Below are positions 13,238 through 27,249 of a stretch of DNA of 59,378 nucleotides, piece by piece. The number at the start of each line of letters is the position of its first letter. Within the stretch, counting starts at the first letter, position 1. This DNA is from Chara braunii (Eukaryota > Plantae > Charophyceae), in NCBI GenBank assembly GCA_003427395.1, contig BFEA01000026.1:3020825-3080202 (forward strand). Reading direction: 5' to 3'. Under the pieces are notes generated by a model. The model was not told the DNA's origin, searched no databases, and worked only from the letters and a program-made list of their open reading frames with translations. Made by a program: the position numbers and the translations under genes.

Positions 13238-15858
13238 TTATCCTTTTTTTTATATAATAACAACAACACCCCATTTCCCTACTACCTTCCCCATCTCCCC
13301 GGATTCCCATACGTTCTGGTAGTACTCCCACAAGTCCGTCATCCACATGGTTTCTTAAAACTCTTTGGGGAAGTCGTTAATTGCAGGAGTTTTTTTTTCC
13401 TTCATCTGGAGAAGCATTCTCCATATCTCGTCCTCGTCAACGATCTTTCTAACAGATATCGTTGTTGTGGGGATAGACACCTGTCCATACGAGCTAAATA
13501 GTCATCTAGTTCTCTCGTCTCGGCCTCCCCTCGCGGTGTCGGTCGCTATAGCTTCCTCCCCTTTGTCTGGGTCATAGAGTGCCTCAATTACGGTCCACCG
13601 CGCACGGGTTGTAGCCATAGCGAAAAAATGGGTGTCCGTTGTGGCCTCTTGGGTGAACTTGGTCATTTTCCCTCGTATCCTAATACCTTGTCATTTGTGT
13701 TGGGAGTACTTTAGGAGCTGATCTTTCACTCTCTGGATGGATATAGTGAGATGTTGTGAATCTATTCGTTGTTCCAGGTCTACCAATCCTTATGAATGGT
13801 CATTTCCCGTTGTTGTCATTGAGCCGCTTTGACCCTGGATTTTTTTTTGCACTTCCTGGCTAGAAAAATCAGACCAGTGTGAACCACGAGGAGTATGAGT
13901 CAAAATGATGTTTGTGTTGGTGTCGAAATTGTCATTCATGCTGAATCATTTGTTGAAAAGGTTGATCGTTTAAGAGAGAGGTGATGAGCTTGTAAGAACC
14001 AGGATCTTGATCCAACGGTTTCCTCATTGTTAGTATTATCCCACATGTCCTATGGTCCAGACCTGGGTGCGGGTTGCGTGGGAGGATAGCCGACCATCGC
14101 AGGGCGCCTTGCATGTCGTTAGAGAGAAGGATAAGGTCAATTTGTGATTTGGATAGCCGTGTCGGGTCGTTGTCCCTTATGCATGTAAAGGCACGGTCGT
14201 TTGGGTGCAGGCGGCAAAAGGTATCAAAGACCAAGAGAGTTTTGCACAGTTCGGCTATCATTCTCTCTTCTTCGTCTGCAACAAAAGGGGTGTACATTAA
14301 GGGCCTGCTATGACTAATGGGATGCATTTTTGGGTACTTGCGTTCCTAAATTACCCAAAAAGGCTCCTCTTTCTTCGACCGTATTGGAAGAATAGATGCA
14401 AAGTATACAAAGTAGTTTCAATTCTAGCATCCCTAACGTTGATACTCACCGCCCCTCTTCTTCATCTGCCACCCAGTGGACCAACTGGAATCTGGGATGG
14501 GGGGGGATCCATATCGCTACCCCTGCTGAACCTTGCCTATCGGCATGGGCCCTCACGACCGAGTGAGGCCAGACCATCTTATAAGCGTTGTTATGTTTTG
14601 GACTATCTTGCAGATGAATTTCTTGTACACATATCACATCTGGTCACCGCCTACCTCCTACTCCTCTGAGTTGGTCTCAAATGGCTTGTCATTTTTTAGG
14701 TTTATGCTTATCTGGATTCTTACAATCTTTGGAGACATCTGGGTTTCTTCTCATATCGAACGTAGGATTTTAGAGATGGTAGAATCCTAGTTGTCGCCTT
14801 GCCAAACTGTGGTGTTATGTACGCTTGGTTTGCCGACATCAGAACGACGCTGGTCGATGTTGGGGCGTAGCCCTATGACCTGTTGTAGCAGGAGCTTGAG
14901 GCCTGGTAGAGAGATCTGGGGATTCGTCGAGGAAGGAAGACAATCCAAAGGTGAATTTGGGGGAAGCTACCATGACAACCTAAGGGGCCGGGTATTGTCT
15001 AGGTAGTGGGAACATGTCAGCTATGGTAGGTATTGGTTGGGATGATATTGTCTTTGGAGTTTTGCGTTGGGTATTGGAAGTGAGGCTAGAAGTTGTTCAT
15101 AAAGTGTGAGGCTAGGTGGTTCTTATGTAGGTTGTATCTTACCAATAGTTTTCATATCATTACCATCATCATCATTAGACTATGGTTAGCTTATCTGTTT
15201 TTTTTACAATCCTAAGCGATATCTAGTTTTCCTGTAGTATCGGATGCATGATTTCAGAAGTGGTAGAATCTTGGCTGATGCCTTGCAAAGTTGTGGTGTC
15301 TGTACCCTTGATTTGTCGATGCCAGAACGATGCTGGTAGGTGCTGGGGCGTAGCTCTGTAACCTGTTTGTAACAGGAACTTGAGGCCTGGTGGAGAGGTA
15401 TAGGGAGTCGTCAAGGGAGGAAAACAATCCAGTGAGGAACTGGGGGGGGGATGACATGAGAACCTAAGGGGTCAAGTATAGTATAGGTAGTGAGAATACG
15501 TCAGCTATGGATGGTACAAGTTGGGATGATATTGTCTTTCAAGTGTTGTGTTTCCTATAGGGCGTAAGACTAGGAGTTGCTCATACATTGTGAGGTCGGG
15601 TTGTGCTGTTGAAGTTTGTATCTCACCATACATATAAAAAAAAGAATAAAAATCATTAGCATCATCAATGGTTCATCGTTGCTAGTATCATTATCTCACA
15701 GTTTTCATAGAATCAACAAAAAATCGTCATCATCATCATCATATGAGGGAGGCTGAGCCCGGTTCTCAACATGTTCGGTTCGGGCACTCCGGGTAGACTA
15801 TGAGGACCCTAGCCTCAATCTTCTTATGGCCCTTGGGCCTTGGGCACTGGACCCGCTT

Positions 15859-15891
<33 letters not shown>

Positions 15892-15989
15892 TAGAGATAT
15901 ATAGGAAGGAGAAGGAGAGGACGAGCGAGGAGAAAGTGGGTGAGTGGATGAAACCACATGTGCTATAAAGTAGTATGTGGGGGGTGGCG

Positions 15990-16570
15990 ATTCCTCACAT
16001 CAATAGGTGGTGGTCCCCCTGAAGAGGTTCGGTTTTACACCCGAGTCGGAATGCGTCGAGGATTGCATAATCTTTCGAATGCGGTGATTGGTATAAGGCA
16101 TTGCCCTCCGTGTGATAGCAGTCATGTTGTCTTGTGTGTTTTTCCTTACCCTTTAATCTCGGGTGCCACCAACCATTTTGCTCCGGTAGACGACCCTTGA
16201 AAGTTGCGGCTTCCATACTAGGAAACACACTGGTGGTCTGATAATTGAAGCCTTGGGCAATGGCCTCATTTCCCTCGGGAAACAAAAGACGGCTATCATA
16301 GACCACTGTCTCCCGGAGTGCCTCTTGGTGGTGCAAATATGGGGATGGTGGGATCTCTCCGTTTTTTTTCAAGTCCCGGATAGCACTTTCCATGGGATGT
16401 ATGTTTCATTCTAATGGGTGGCTCCAAAAGACTACCCAAAGATATGGCCTCCCATTCCCAACAACCTCTCCAAGTCTTCGCAAACAGTAGGCTTACCATG
16501 CTTATGTCAATCCTAAGAGCGAGGTGTTCTTTTGAACGAAAAAAACACATCTGCGGCTTTCCCAATTAGA
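15990..16570 (-). pseudogene. Possible LINE ORF1 remnant
   Basis: ATFKGRLPEQNGWWHP weakly resembles LKFRGHPVQIARWRP of ORF1 at 52.1 kb. Confidence 0.35.
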
Positions 16571-16609
16571 GATAGTCATTGCTGAATAATTAGAACACAA
16601 ACCCATTTT

Positions 16610-17064
16610 GGGCCTCATTATACACTTCTCAGAACCATGACTCCAAGGATTTCGTCGTCGTTCCACCTATCCTCAGGGATGAAATCGAGATTGACGATGT
16701 GAAAACGCCCTTTGTATGAATCCTAAAGAAATTTGGATTCCCCATCCATTTCGTCCTCCAGCTCAATGGGACCTCGGGAGGTCCTTTGGAGCCTAAGGAT
16801 CCGCGTTTCGCCGAGAGGGGAGAGGGCATGCACGTAGAGAGACGTTACAATCGAGAATTCATATCATGGCAAGAGCCTAGTAGCTGAAAGTCTAAAGCAC
16901 AACTGTTTTTTTTTTTTTTTTTTTTTTTTTTTTTCCCCTCCTAACATCCCTCGTCGAACTTGTCCTAAGGTCGACGCTCCAAGGATGAGTCTGAAAATCC
17001 TAAATTTTTCTTATGAATTCGTTCTTGGGCCTGAGGGCGCCCGGAGAAGTGTCTAATGAGGCTC
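16610..17064. mobile_element. Tourist/PIF-Harbinger-like MITE
   Basis: TIR GGGCCTCATTATACACTTCTC / GAGAAGTGTCTAATGAGGCTC. Internal sequence is related to 45925-45970 and 46840-47150. Confidence 0.75.
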
Positions 17065-17138
17065 GTGTCCTTCACGGCATCCACTAAAACCAGAAGGATT
17101 TATCGGATAGGCCTAGCTTAGGCGCTATACCTTTGAAC

Positions 17139-20100
17139 TTTTTTTCTTTTTTTTTTTCTAAACAACCTGCTCTATCTATTGGTGGGGAACAACACCTGTT
17201 GGAAATCGGGTCCAATGTCCCTTAAATACACGAATGATATAAGAGAATGGTATGTCTGAACCATGGAGTTGGGTTGAGTTGTGCCTCTTCACCCCAATAG
17301 GGCGCCAGATTATACAAAATCATTCTAGCACTATTTATTTCTTATCCAATAATCCTTAAAAACATGAAAAGTCTAAATACTATCGTCTCCTATCTTTTAA
17401 TTTTATTCATACCCAAACCAAACCCTTGAGACTAGACTTAAAGCCGAGGGGGGAAAGAAATCTCGGAAATCTGATAGTGGTCGTAAAAGAATTGTTGGGT
17501 CGATCGTAGTCCAGTCATTAAAAGCAAGTTTATAATCTCAACTCATATTTTCCTCTCCACTTCTCTTTGCCCCTTCCCATTAAACCTTCCCCATCTTCCC
17601 TCCTTGGGCTCCTTCTAACCAGCATTGGTTGAATCGTTGAATGTGTTGCAGAATTTCGTTTCGCGAGGATAAAAATTATATTTTTTTTTTAGATTTTTCT
17701 CATTTTATATTTATACTCGTTTGTACTCATTGCTTAAGTATGTCAGTGAATTTTGGTCCATCTAGCCTAACCCCTTCCATTTCATACGTACATCTTCTTA
17801 ACCATATTGCCCATAATATCGTTATTCTGCCTATATTATACAAATTTTGTGAGAATTCATCAATACATTCAGGGGACCAGGTTTCAAGAAGGATGGCTCT
17901 CCAGTCCCATGACCACTGGACTTCTGTTTCCGAATTAGACTAAATACGACTCCACCACCTCCATAGCCAGATTGCCCCAGGACACTGTAAGAATATATGC
18001 TCGATTGTCTTAGGGATTAACTTAGAAGAAAACGCCACTTTACAAAATTTGCACTAGGGGAGCACTTTCCCTTTTTGTTCTAATGTCGACCTGTCAATTA
18101 ACCAGTCATTTATAGGTAGGCATCTATGTTCTATTTGTCATTGTAGTGAAGCCACCTTTGCAGGTTTAATTTTGGTCTTACTAAACCATTTTACCTTTCT
18201 TAATGATTCCTCATTAACATTGAGATGCTTCATCCATCTTTCCTCTATCTTGTCTTTCAATTTTTTTTTAGGGCGAAGCATCCTATAAGTGAATTTCATT
18301 AACAACGTGTAAAGAGCACAACATGTTTTTCCTTTGTTTTTTGTACTAGTCCACTTCCAATTTGCAGGATCAAGGGGCTGACAATTTATGGGTGTATTTG
18401 GTTTAAAAGTTATTCATTTATCTTTGTACCAAAATACTCTGATCCTGAATACTTGGTCTTTTGTCACTCTCCTTATACTATTCTGGTCCTTTATTATAAC
18501 TATTTGATTACTATTTATTTCATAGGTAGTGAGGAGTATTTCTCCATTCTCAAGAACTACTACAACACTACCTATGATGTTTGACTGATCATTCATAGCA
18601 ACCCAATCTCCTTCTTATAACTAAGGACCTTTTTTTAGAATTTTTATCTAATTCAAAAATATCAAGTCAATCAATTTTTATAAAGCTTTCTCAGAATGAT
18701 GACAATACCTAAGGTGGGTTTGTAACTGTGAAGGGGTAAACCAATCTCTTTCTTCACTGTTCTATATGTCTTTTATTCTTATAATATCATTTTCAACTCA
18801 TCCGTTCCAGGCGGAATCTGCGCAGTTAAGGACACAATCTTGGGGATCTTTGAGAAGATTATTATCAAAGAGTGGTTGTTGACATACCTCTTCCCATCTG
18901 CCAGGAGGGTTTTGGTCTGTTAATGGTAATTTCCTTCATGTTTTGACGAGGTTAGACCAAAACGAATCATTATGTAAATATATTATTGCCGCCTTTCTAT
19001 CTGATATACTTTGATCCATTGGTTCATTCACTAGCCCTCTCAGAATACTCCAAGACCTGTTTTCTAGCCACATCATTGGATCTATGTTGTCAGGTGTTTT
19101 TGGTGCAAGACGTCTGATTTGTTCCCATGCCAACACACTTCAAGAGGTTTGAGGATTAAAGAGTAAGCGTTTAATCCATTGAATTGATAGGGTCATAGCT
19201 TGTAAAGAGGGATCAATGATGTTCAACCCTCCTCTAACTTTAGGTTGTATCACTGATTGTCAAGCTACCTTGCTAATTACCTTATCAAGCTCATGATTTC
19301 CTCTCCATAAAAAGTCTAATAGTTGACATTGAAGGGTCTTTAAATTTTTCGTATCTAACGCCCATATTGTTGATTTATACCAGATTGAGGCTAAAACCAC
19401 ATTATTAATTACCAGAGTACGACCAAAGAGGAAAGTTTGTTTAACCTTCCCCATTTCACAGTTCTAACTTATCATATGCTTATTTGGCTATACAGTCATT
19501 ATTAGTTGATGATTTTCTTACCGTTGAAAGGAAAATCCATAATACCCTAATGGGAGTTTCTAAGGAAAACCATTTTACTTGGGGAATTTTATGGGGTCTT
19601 ACTCCGTGATGATGAATCCACCAACCCATAGTTTTATTTCCCCAATTTACCCTCATATCAGATAGTCTACAAAATTTATGCATCAAACTATTAATTGTTT
19701 CCATATTCATTTTAGATGCTTCTACCATCAGGGACAGATTGTCAGCAAAGAGAGAACAAACAGGAATGGCTTCCTCTGAAATTGATGACACTTGAATTCT
19801 TTTAATCTGTGTATTATCGTATTCGGGTTCGGTGACCGAACCCGAACATTCGAGACCGAACGCGAACAAACGCCGAAACTCTCAGAACGCGAACATAAAA
19901 AAAAAAAAAAAAAAAGTTCTCCAAAAAGGAAAGTTTGCTTACCCTTCCACAGTTCACAGTTCTAACTTAGTATATGCTTATTTGGCTATAATGTCATTGT
20001 TAGTTGATGATTTTCTTGCTCCTGAAAGATAAATCCCCAATACCCTAATGAGAGTTTCTAAGGAAAATCATTTTACTTGGGGAATTTCATGGGGTCTTAC

Positions 20101-20538
20101 TCTATGATGATGAATCCACCAACCAATAGTTTTATTTCCCCAATTTACCCTCATATCAGACAGTCTACAAAATTTATGCATCAGACTGTTAATTGCTTCC
20201 ATATTCATTTTAGATGTTTCTTCTATCAGGGACGGATTGTCAGCAAAGAGAGATCAAACAGGAATTACTTCCTCTGAAATTGATGACACTTGAATTCTTT
20301 TAATCTGTAGAGTATCGTGTTCGGGTTCGGTGACCGAACCTGAACGTTCGGGACCGAATGCGAACGAGCGTCGAAACTCTCTGAACACGAACATAAAAAT
20401 ATTTATATAAAAAGAAAACAGTTCTGCAAAAAATCTGAAAAAACTATATGTTATGTAAAATAATAATACAAACAAGTTTTGCCTTGGAGGTATGCTTAAA
20501 TTCGTAACCAAAATCGAGTTAAAAATTAAAAACCAAAT

Positions 20539-20569
<31 letters not shown>

Positions 20570-22712
20570 CTTATTTTAAATATGTTCGGCAGAACACGTT
20601 CGGGTGGCGTTCGGCCAAACAGCCGAACATGTTCGGACGTTCGGAAGAGCTTCAAACATGCTCGGTGTGCTATACAACTTTTAATGTCTTTATGTTGTCT
20701 AAGGTTAGCTGCTAAGGTCTCCATGATTATAACAAAAAGAAATCGGGCAATTAGGTCCCCTTGTCTAACATATCTCTGTAAGGAAATAGGGGGAGCTACA
20801 TTACCATTGACCATCACCCTGGTTGTAGCATTCCTATGCAGTATTTTTACCCACTTTCTAAAGTTTGGGTCAAAGTTAAAATTTTCTAAACATTTATCTA
20901 GAAATAATCAATCCACATTGTCATAAACTTTCTCAAAATCTATAAATATGAACGCTGCATTATGTTTAGATTGACGTGATATCCTGATCAACTCATTAAC
21001 TAATAATATATTATTTTGGATATTCCTTCCTGTAATAAACCCTGTCTGCGCAGGATGAATAATTTCAGCAATGACATTGGATAGTCTATTAATTAGAGTT
21101 TCGCCATTAGTTTGTAGACCACTGTTAAGAGTGTAATAGGACGATAGTTACAAATATTTGTTTTATCCCCTTTTTTATAAAGCAGAGTTAATACCCCTTG
21201 ACCCACAAATTCCCTCATTTGTCATGAGTTCCAAACTGCTTGATAAAATTTTATGAGGTATTGTGACAGGAAATCTCATAGGGATTCTCAAAATTCCTTA
21301 GGGACACCATCAATGTCTGAGGTTTTTTCTTCTTCCATAAGCATTAGAGCTGTCCATATTTCTTCTTTTGAAACATGCATTTTTAATTCATCTTTTTGTT
21401 CTTCAGTTAGTGTTTTGTCCAAAGACATAAGAAAATGTTATATTTCTTAAATTCTTTGAACCTCCGGGATATTTGTGGTTTCTGACTTAAAGAGATCATG
21501 GAAGAAATCCCTGGTTATTTTCATACATGAGGCTGATAACGTAGCCAATGGGTCATTTCTATGGAAGGGGTCTTCTCGGGTTTCAATAATTGTCCGATCG
21601 ATGTTAATTTTTGCCAGAGAAAAGAATCTTACTTTCATCTCTCCTTCTATTTGGTGTTTTCTGAGCTTGCCTCTAATCCTTATTCCTTGTCATTTGTATT
21701 CCATTTTAGTCAGTAATTGATTTTCCAGTTTTTTGATTTCTTGAGTTAAAGGTTCTAACACCTCCATCTCTTCAAATTCATTCTCCTGTTGTTGGAGTTG
21801 TTGAATTCTCGGAAGCAAAAATATTTTCTTAGAATGTCTTTGTGAGGCAAGGAGTTTAGAATATTCATTACATTTGCGACCTATAAATGTTAGGCCGTTG
21901 TTGAACCATTCTATATTATCTTGGATGAGGTCCTGCTGATTACGTCAGAAGATACAGACATCCTTGAGAAATGAAATAATTTTTTTATTTCTTAAATGAA
22001 ATGTATTAAGTTTATAAAATCCTTTGCCTTTATTAGGTTTTTTCCTTAAAGATAAAACTGCAACACACATAACATGATCTAGACCTGGAAATAGGTTTCT
22101 CATGAATATCTCAAGAAACTGTATAGCCCCTTGTAACTCTTCAGATATTAAAATAAGATCAATACGTTATTTAAACCCCCTCCCCGATTAATATTTCATG
22201 AAACAGGAAAATAACCTCTCTGTAGGGTAACGTCGTCTATAAGAATCAAAGAGATTGATAGACTAACATAGACTATTTACTATTATCTCATTTGATTCAA
22301 TATTTGTAGGGCATCGGAATGAAATGTGTAATCGATCCAAGTGTCAATTTGGTGCTGCATTAAAATCCCCAGTCATAATAAGCGAAATCCCTTGTGACAA
22401 GCGAGGAAGAGAGGACTTATAAAGTCTTTGTCTTTCACCAATTTCATTAGGTCCATATACAAATAGGATACATAGCACCTCCAATTCAAACATTACTATC
22501 ACAAAGGTTCATCTCCCTTGCTCCTTATCTATGACCGCATAAATGGGATCCGCTCTAGAATTTGTGGGAATCCAAATAACTACCCCCGCACTACTAGGCC
22601 TCAGTGCATGGGCTCTAAAAGCTTGGTGTGACCATAATACCTTATGTGTATGATTGTGAGTATTTGTATCCATTAGGTGAGTTTCTTATATACAGATTAC
22701 ATCGACGCAATT
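17139..22712 (-). mobile_element. AT-rich L1/Tx1-type LINE, near-complete ORF2 pseudogene
   Basis: EN: VICI*ETH, AGVVIWIP, VYGPN, GDFN, DHV. RT: YRPITLL, QTGF, IDFEKVYD, VRQGDL, LFADNL. zf-RVT at ~17950-18150; 3' motif at 17168-17221; A tail at 17139-17157. Confidence 0.95.
20308..20672. mobile_element. CCGAAC-rich MITE inserted in the LINE RT
   Basis: CGAAC/GTTCG subterminal clusters and the shared AT-rich core. The LINE frame resumes on both sides (KDIKSC | QIKRIQ). Confidence 0.75.
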
Positions 22713-22715
22713 TTT

Positions 22716-25700
22716 TATCGTCAACGTTCACTGGGGGGCCCCGATATATGAGTGAAAGATATCACGACAACATGACAATTGTGAAGTGATTCGAAAAACC
22801 GGATTTTTTTATCAATATGACGTGCAACACTCACTAGTCGAAGATCAAACAAGCCCTGTTGCCAGGTCAATGTCCTAACGACAGGTCGGATCATCTCACG
22901 AGAGTGTTTAAACTTTAAAGGTTATCTTGCACAATTCATCGATGAGATAAAGAACAAACAGATCTTTAGTAGGGGGTCTACCGCACGCACATATATTAAC
23001 AATCATTTCGTCAAAATTGACATTTTTTATTTTTTGAACGAAATTGAAACTGAGTTTTTTTGCTTAAAACTCGTCAAAATTTGTTGTTCATGAGGGTCCA
23101 GCGTTTGTAACGCTGGACCGCCAAGCTGTACATGGACCTAGCTTGAGACCAGGCACCTCCAGGCAAGACTGCCTGGAGGTACCTAGTCTCAAGCTAGGTC
23201 CATGTACAGCAAGGGAGTCGAACGTTTTACAAATGCCGGACTCTCAGAAACAACAAATTTTGATGAGTTTTCGGCCAAAAAACTCAGTTTCAGTTTCGTT
23301 CAAAAAATAAAAGATATCCATTTTGACGAAATGACAGTTTATTGGTCATCTTGCATCCAGATAATAAACTTCGGGATGCCGATGCTGTTGACAATGTGGT
23401 GTGTGTCGAGATTCCTCCGGAATGAGAATTGAGAAAAAGGGTTGCCAAGTTCATGTTGCAAAGGATTTGTAGTGCGGAGAAACATGACGCTTTGTGTACG
23501 GAGGACACTGAATGCACAAAAGGGTTTCCAAACTACTTCATTTCGACAACAACATTCAAAGACGGACAAACATACCCTTCGTATAGAGAAGGAAACCAAG
23601 TGATGGTGGTTTTTTACGATTGTTCAAAATGGTGTCATTTGTGATAAACGATGTATAGTCTCATACAACCCGTACTTGCTAATGAGGTTTAATTGTCACT
23701 TGAATGTTGAATATTGTGCTAACATCAAGGTGTGCAAGTACGTGTATAAAGAGTGTGATTGTGCTATGGTTTGCCAACAAGATGGTAATACGCCTATCGA
23801 TGAAGAAAATTTGTATCAATATATGTGTGTTGTAGGTGCATGCGAGGCATGCTGACATCTATTTCAGTTCGACATTGCAGAACAATAACTCGCAGTCGAA
23901 AGATTGCCCGTGCATATTGAAAACATGCAAAAAGTACAATTCGAACCCGACACTGAACATGACGTTGTTTTCAATGGGCCCCCGAAAACGAAACTGGCGG
24001 CATGGATGAAACCCAACTCATTGAATGAATATGTTCATAGAGAGGAGTTTCCTTTGTATGCAGAGATCGTTAATACTCATGTCCAGGATAACAAACATAA
24101 GAAATGGAATCGAAGAGAGCGGGATTTTCACTGTGGTCCATTCGAAAAGATATCTCGATTGTATCAAGTGAGGATCACGGAAGACGAACGATTTTATCTG
24201 CGTGTGTTGCTAAACCATGAACATTTTCGTGGGGTGCGCTCTTTTGTCAAAATTCATACGGTGGGCGAAGTCAAATATGATTCTTTCCGATCCGTGTATC
24301 TTGGATTTGACCTTTTGCAAATCGACAATACATTCGATCAATGCATAAACAAAGTCCAAGCGCATTACATGTTTGAAGAAGTTCGTAAAGTGTTTGCTAT
24401 GGTTCTCGCCTTTAGTCCAATGAACGATCCGGTCCGTTTCTTTGAACGACATTGGGATAAGATGTGTGACAATTTTCAGTATCGTGCAGGCAATGAAATT
24501 GTTTCACCGAACATTTAGCAATCGTTAGTCTTATTTCATCGTGACCGTATCTTGCAAGAGTCTGAAAAAAACATTCGCCAGTTTCGCTTTTATTATCCAA
24601 CACCTGATGGGGAAACAGTTGCTGAAAATATAACTAGACATTACGAGAACAGAACGATTCTAAACGAGGAGTTGTCGTATGATCCGATTCAAATGCAACG
24701 CAGATACGACTCTAATTTTCGACGTCCTCTGCCACGCCAAAGAGTGTTGGTGGAAATAGTTATTCGGACTTTGCAAGAGGAAAACTGTTGCATGCTTTTG
24801 TTGATGCACCGGCCGGAACGAAAAAAACTTTTTGCATTAACACGATTTTGACGGACATCAGGTCCTGTTCTGCCATTGGACGGGTCGTGGCGTCTAGTGG
24901 TGACTCGTTTGACAAGGTGTCGAACGTTTCACTCACGATTTCGTGCATCTTTGAAACCTGATAATATGCATCACTCTTAATGTCGATACAAAATGATTTT
25001 GTGGAGCTTATCCGTCGTGCAGACTTGATTATTTGGGACGAGGCTTCCATGAGTAACAAGTTTCACTTGGAAACTCTTGACATTACGCTTCTGGACCTCT
25101 GTAACAATGACGAGCCGTTTGGTGGGAAGGTTCTACTTCTTGTTGGGGATTTTCGATAGGTTTTATCCGTTGTGAAACACGGATCGTGAGCACAACTAAT
25201 TGATGTGTCGATCGAAATGTCTCCTTTGTGGAAACTTTTTGAGGTTTATCAACTTACCGAAAATATGCGAATCTTAAGCTTAGGCAATAATGAAATGACA
25301 CGAATGTATGCCCACTTTTTTATGCATGTTGGGAATTGTGATCATCCTCGTATTGTTCTTAATGAACCTGTTGTAGTCAGATTGTCACATGAGATTTGTA
25401 CGGATAAACCGATTGATGAGTTGATTTCATGGACATTTGAGGATGTGTCCAACCACGTGGGGGATGTCGAGTATTTCTCGCCTCGATTAATTTCATTCCC
25501 TACTAATGACGATGCGGATTCTGTTAACAACCGTGTTTTTGACGATTTCGTTGAGGAGGTGTGTGAGTTTTTCAGCGCTGATTATCCTGATTCGGATGAT
25601 ACCGAACTCAGGACTGAAAGAGAGTTTTTAAATTATTTCAATGAATTAGGTCTTCCACCTCACAAACTGCACTTGAAAATTGGTACGTCCGTAATGCTTT

Positions 25701-26093
25701 TGTGAAATTTGTCCCCCAAACAAAGACTTTGCAACGGTATAAGGTTAATTCTGAAGAAGATCGTTAATGATGATTTGTTGAAAGTGACAATAATGCGCAC
25801 AGATAAGACAACACTGATTCCCAAGATTGATCTGACAAGCGATGGTGAGACCACCAGGTTCAAATGATTTATGAGAGAATTTTCAGTCCGTCTTGCTTTT
25901 GTTGTAACGATTAACTAAGTTGCAAGGACAAACTGTATCGTGTACGGGGGTTTGGCTATGCAAGCCGGGTTTTGCGCATGACCAACTTTACGTTGCTTCA
26001 TCGTGTATTGATCATACCAACAACATCCGTGTTGCGTTGCCTAATAAAAAAAAATTGACGAAGAACATTGTGTATCATGAACTTTTTGTATGA
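22716..26093 (+). pseudogene. Helitron Rep/helicase pseudogene (HUH Rep plus Pif1 SF1 helicase)
   Basis: STFTGGPRYM, KPDFFINMTCN, GLPHAH, YNPYLL.RFNCHLNVE, KYVYK, ERLPVH, ERFYLRVLL, IIWDEASM, PFGGKVLLLVGDFR, LTENMR, LPPHKL.LKIG, LCNG, QLYVA, KNIVY. Many stops. Confidence 0.97.
22998..23339. mobile_element. Foldback MITE family A, copy 2, 4-bp TSD TATT
   Basis: 342-bp palindrome homologous to 12884-13237. TATT at 22994-22997 and 23340-23343. Confidence 0.93.
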
Positions 26094-26322
26094 GTTGTTC
26101 TTTTTTCTTTATCGATTATTGACATTCCGATTAATTTTGTCCTATTCTTTCTTCGCAGGTCACTCCCGATTGCGTCAGACCTACGACACTAATGCTAACA
26201 ATGGAAAATTTTCCCATAATCAAATAATTATTCTATAGTGAAATTACATTTTAAATTTTAAATTTTTATTCCATCTTAAAAAATGTCATTCCAATTTTAA
26301 AATTTTTCGTCTTACTTGAAAA

Positions 26323-26873
26323 CTACGTTGCATAGAGTACACGTACGGGGGCTTCCCGTACAAAACGTACAGGTTATTTATGAACGGGATCTGTACGGGA
26401 ACCTGTACGGGAACCTGTACGTCTTGTACGCCCCCGTACGAAAAGGCAAAAAAAAAAAAAAAAACATAAAAAAAATCATCAAAAAAATCCGAAAAAAAAA
26501 CTATGTGATGCAACAACACAAAACAAGCAANNNNNNNNNNNNNNNNNNNNNNNNNNNNNNNNNNNNNNNNNNNNNNNNNNNNNNNNNNNNNNNNNNNNNN
26601 NNNNNNNNNNNNNNNNNNNNNNNNNNNNNNNNNNNNNNNNNNNNNNNNNNNNNNNNNNNNNNNNNNNNNNNNNNNNNNNNNNNNNNNNNNNNNNNNNNNN
26701 NNNNNNNNNNNNNNNNNNNNNNNNNNNNNNNNNNNNNNNNNNNNNNNNNNNNNNNNNNNNNNNNNNNNNNNNNNNNNNNNNNNNNNNNNNNNNNNNNNNN
26801 NNNNNNNNNNNNNNNNNGAGTACAAAAGTACGAGTCCGTACTCGTACGAAGGTGCGTACAAGTGGCAACGTAG
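26323..26873. mobile_element. MITE with CTA...TAG ends, CGTAC subterminal repeats and 8-bp TSD
   Basis: TIR CTACGTTGC/GCAACGTAG. Perfect TSD CTTGAAAA at 26315-26322 and 26874-26881. Spans an N gap. Confidence 0.85.
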
Positions 26874-27249
26874 CTTGAAAACTTTCCTTCCAAGAATGGG
26901 GTATCCCTTCTTATTTGAACTGCATGCTAGTGATGGAATGCGTGTGTGGACGAGTTCATGAAATATTTTAATTGGACTGTCATTCTAATTAAAAATTTTC
27001 AGTCATAAATAGGTTAATCCAATCTAAATTATACGATATTTCTTGTAGTAGAATGAAAGTTTAATTAAAACATTTCATAAACTCGTCAAGAATTTCATTC
27101 CATCTTGAACAAATAGATGTAGTTGGAAGGGAAAACTCATATTTAGACGAAAACTTATCAAATAAAACTGAAAATTTTAGAACTTGACGAACATTGGAAT
27201 GATAATTTATAAATATGAAGTATTTTTTTTATGGAATGTTTTTTCAACT

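Larger units (their letters stand above)
9466..14690 (-). mobile_element. L1/Tx1-type LINE, 5'-truncated, near-complete ORF2 pseudogene (APE endonuclease, RT, zf-RVT)
   Basis: ICVQEIH, AGVAIWIP, SQIDLIL, LDHR; YRPITLL..YK, QTGFMPGR, IDFEKAYD, QGDP, FAND; ALQWQIAHRCLPT..WCRRC..HIFLQCP. Stops and frameshifts present. 3' motif plus A tail at 9466-9505. Confidence 0.95.
7570..15888 (+). mobile_element. ORF-less (CAT)n-rich non-autonomous retroelement, interrupted by a LINE at 9466-14690
   Basis: Blocks 7578-8100, 9085-9350 and 14840-14930 match 33920-33280, 32260-31990 and 31750-31660 in reverse orientation. It ends in a variant of the LINE 3' motif (15747-15773) and poly(A) at 15863-15888. Confidence 0.65.

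Noticed and set aside
15766-15957. CPRPKGH as an ORF1 zinc knuckle
   Set aside because: It lies antisense within the 3' tail of a + strand element next to poly(A), and the spacing is wrong.
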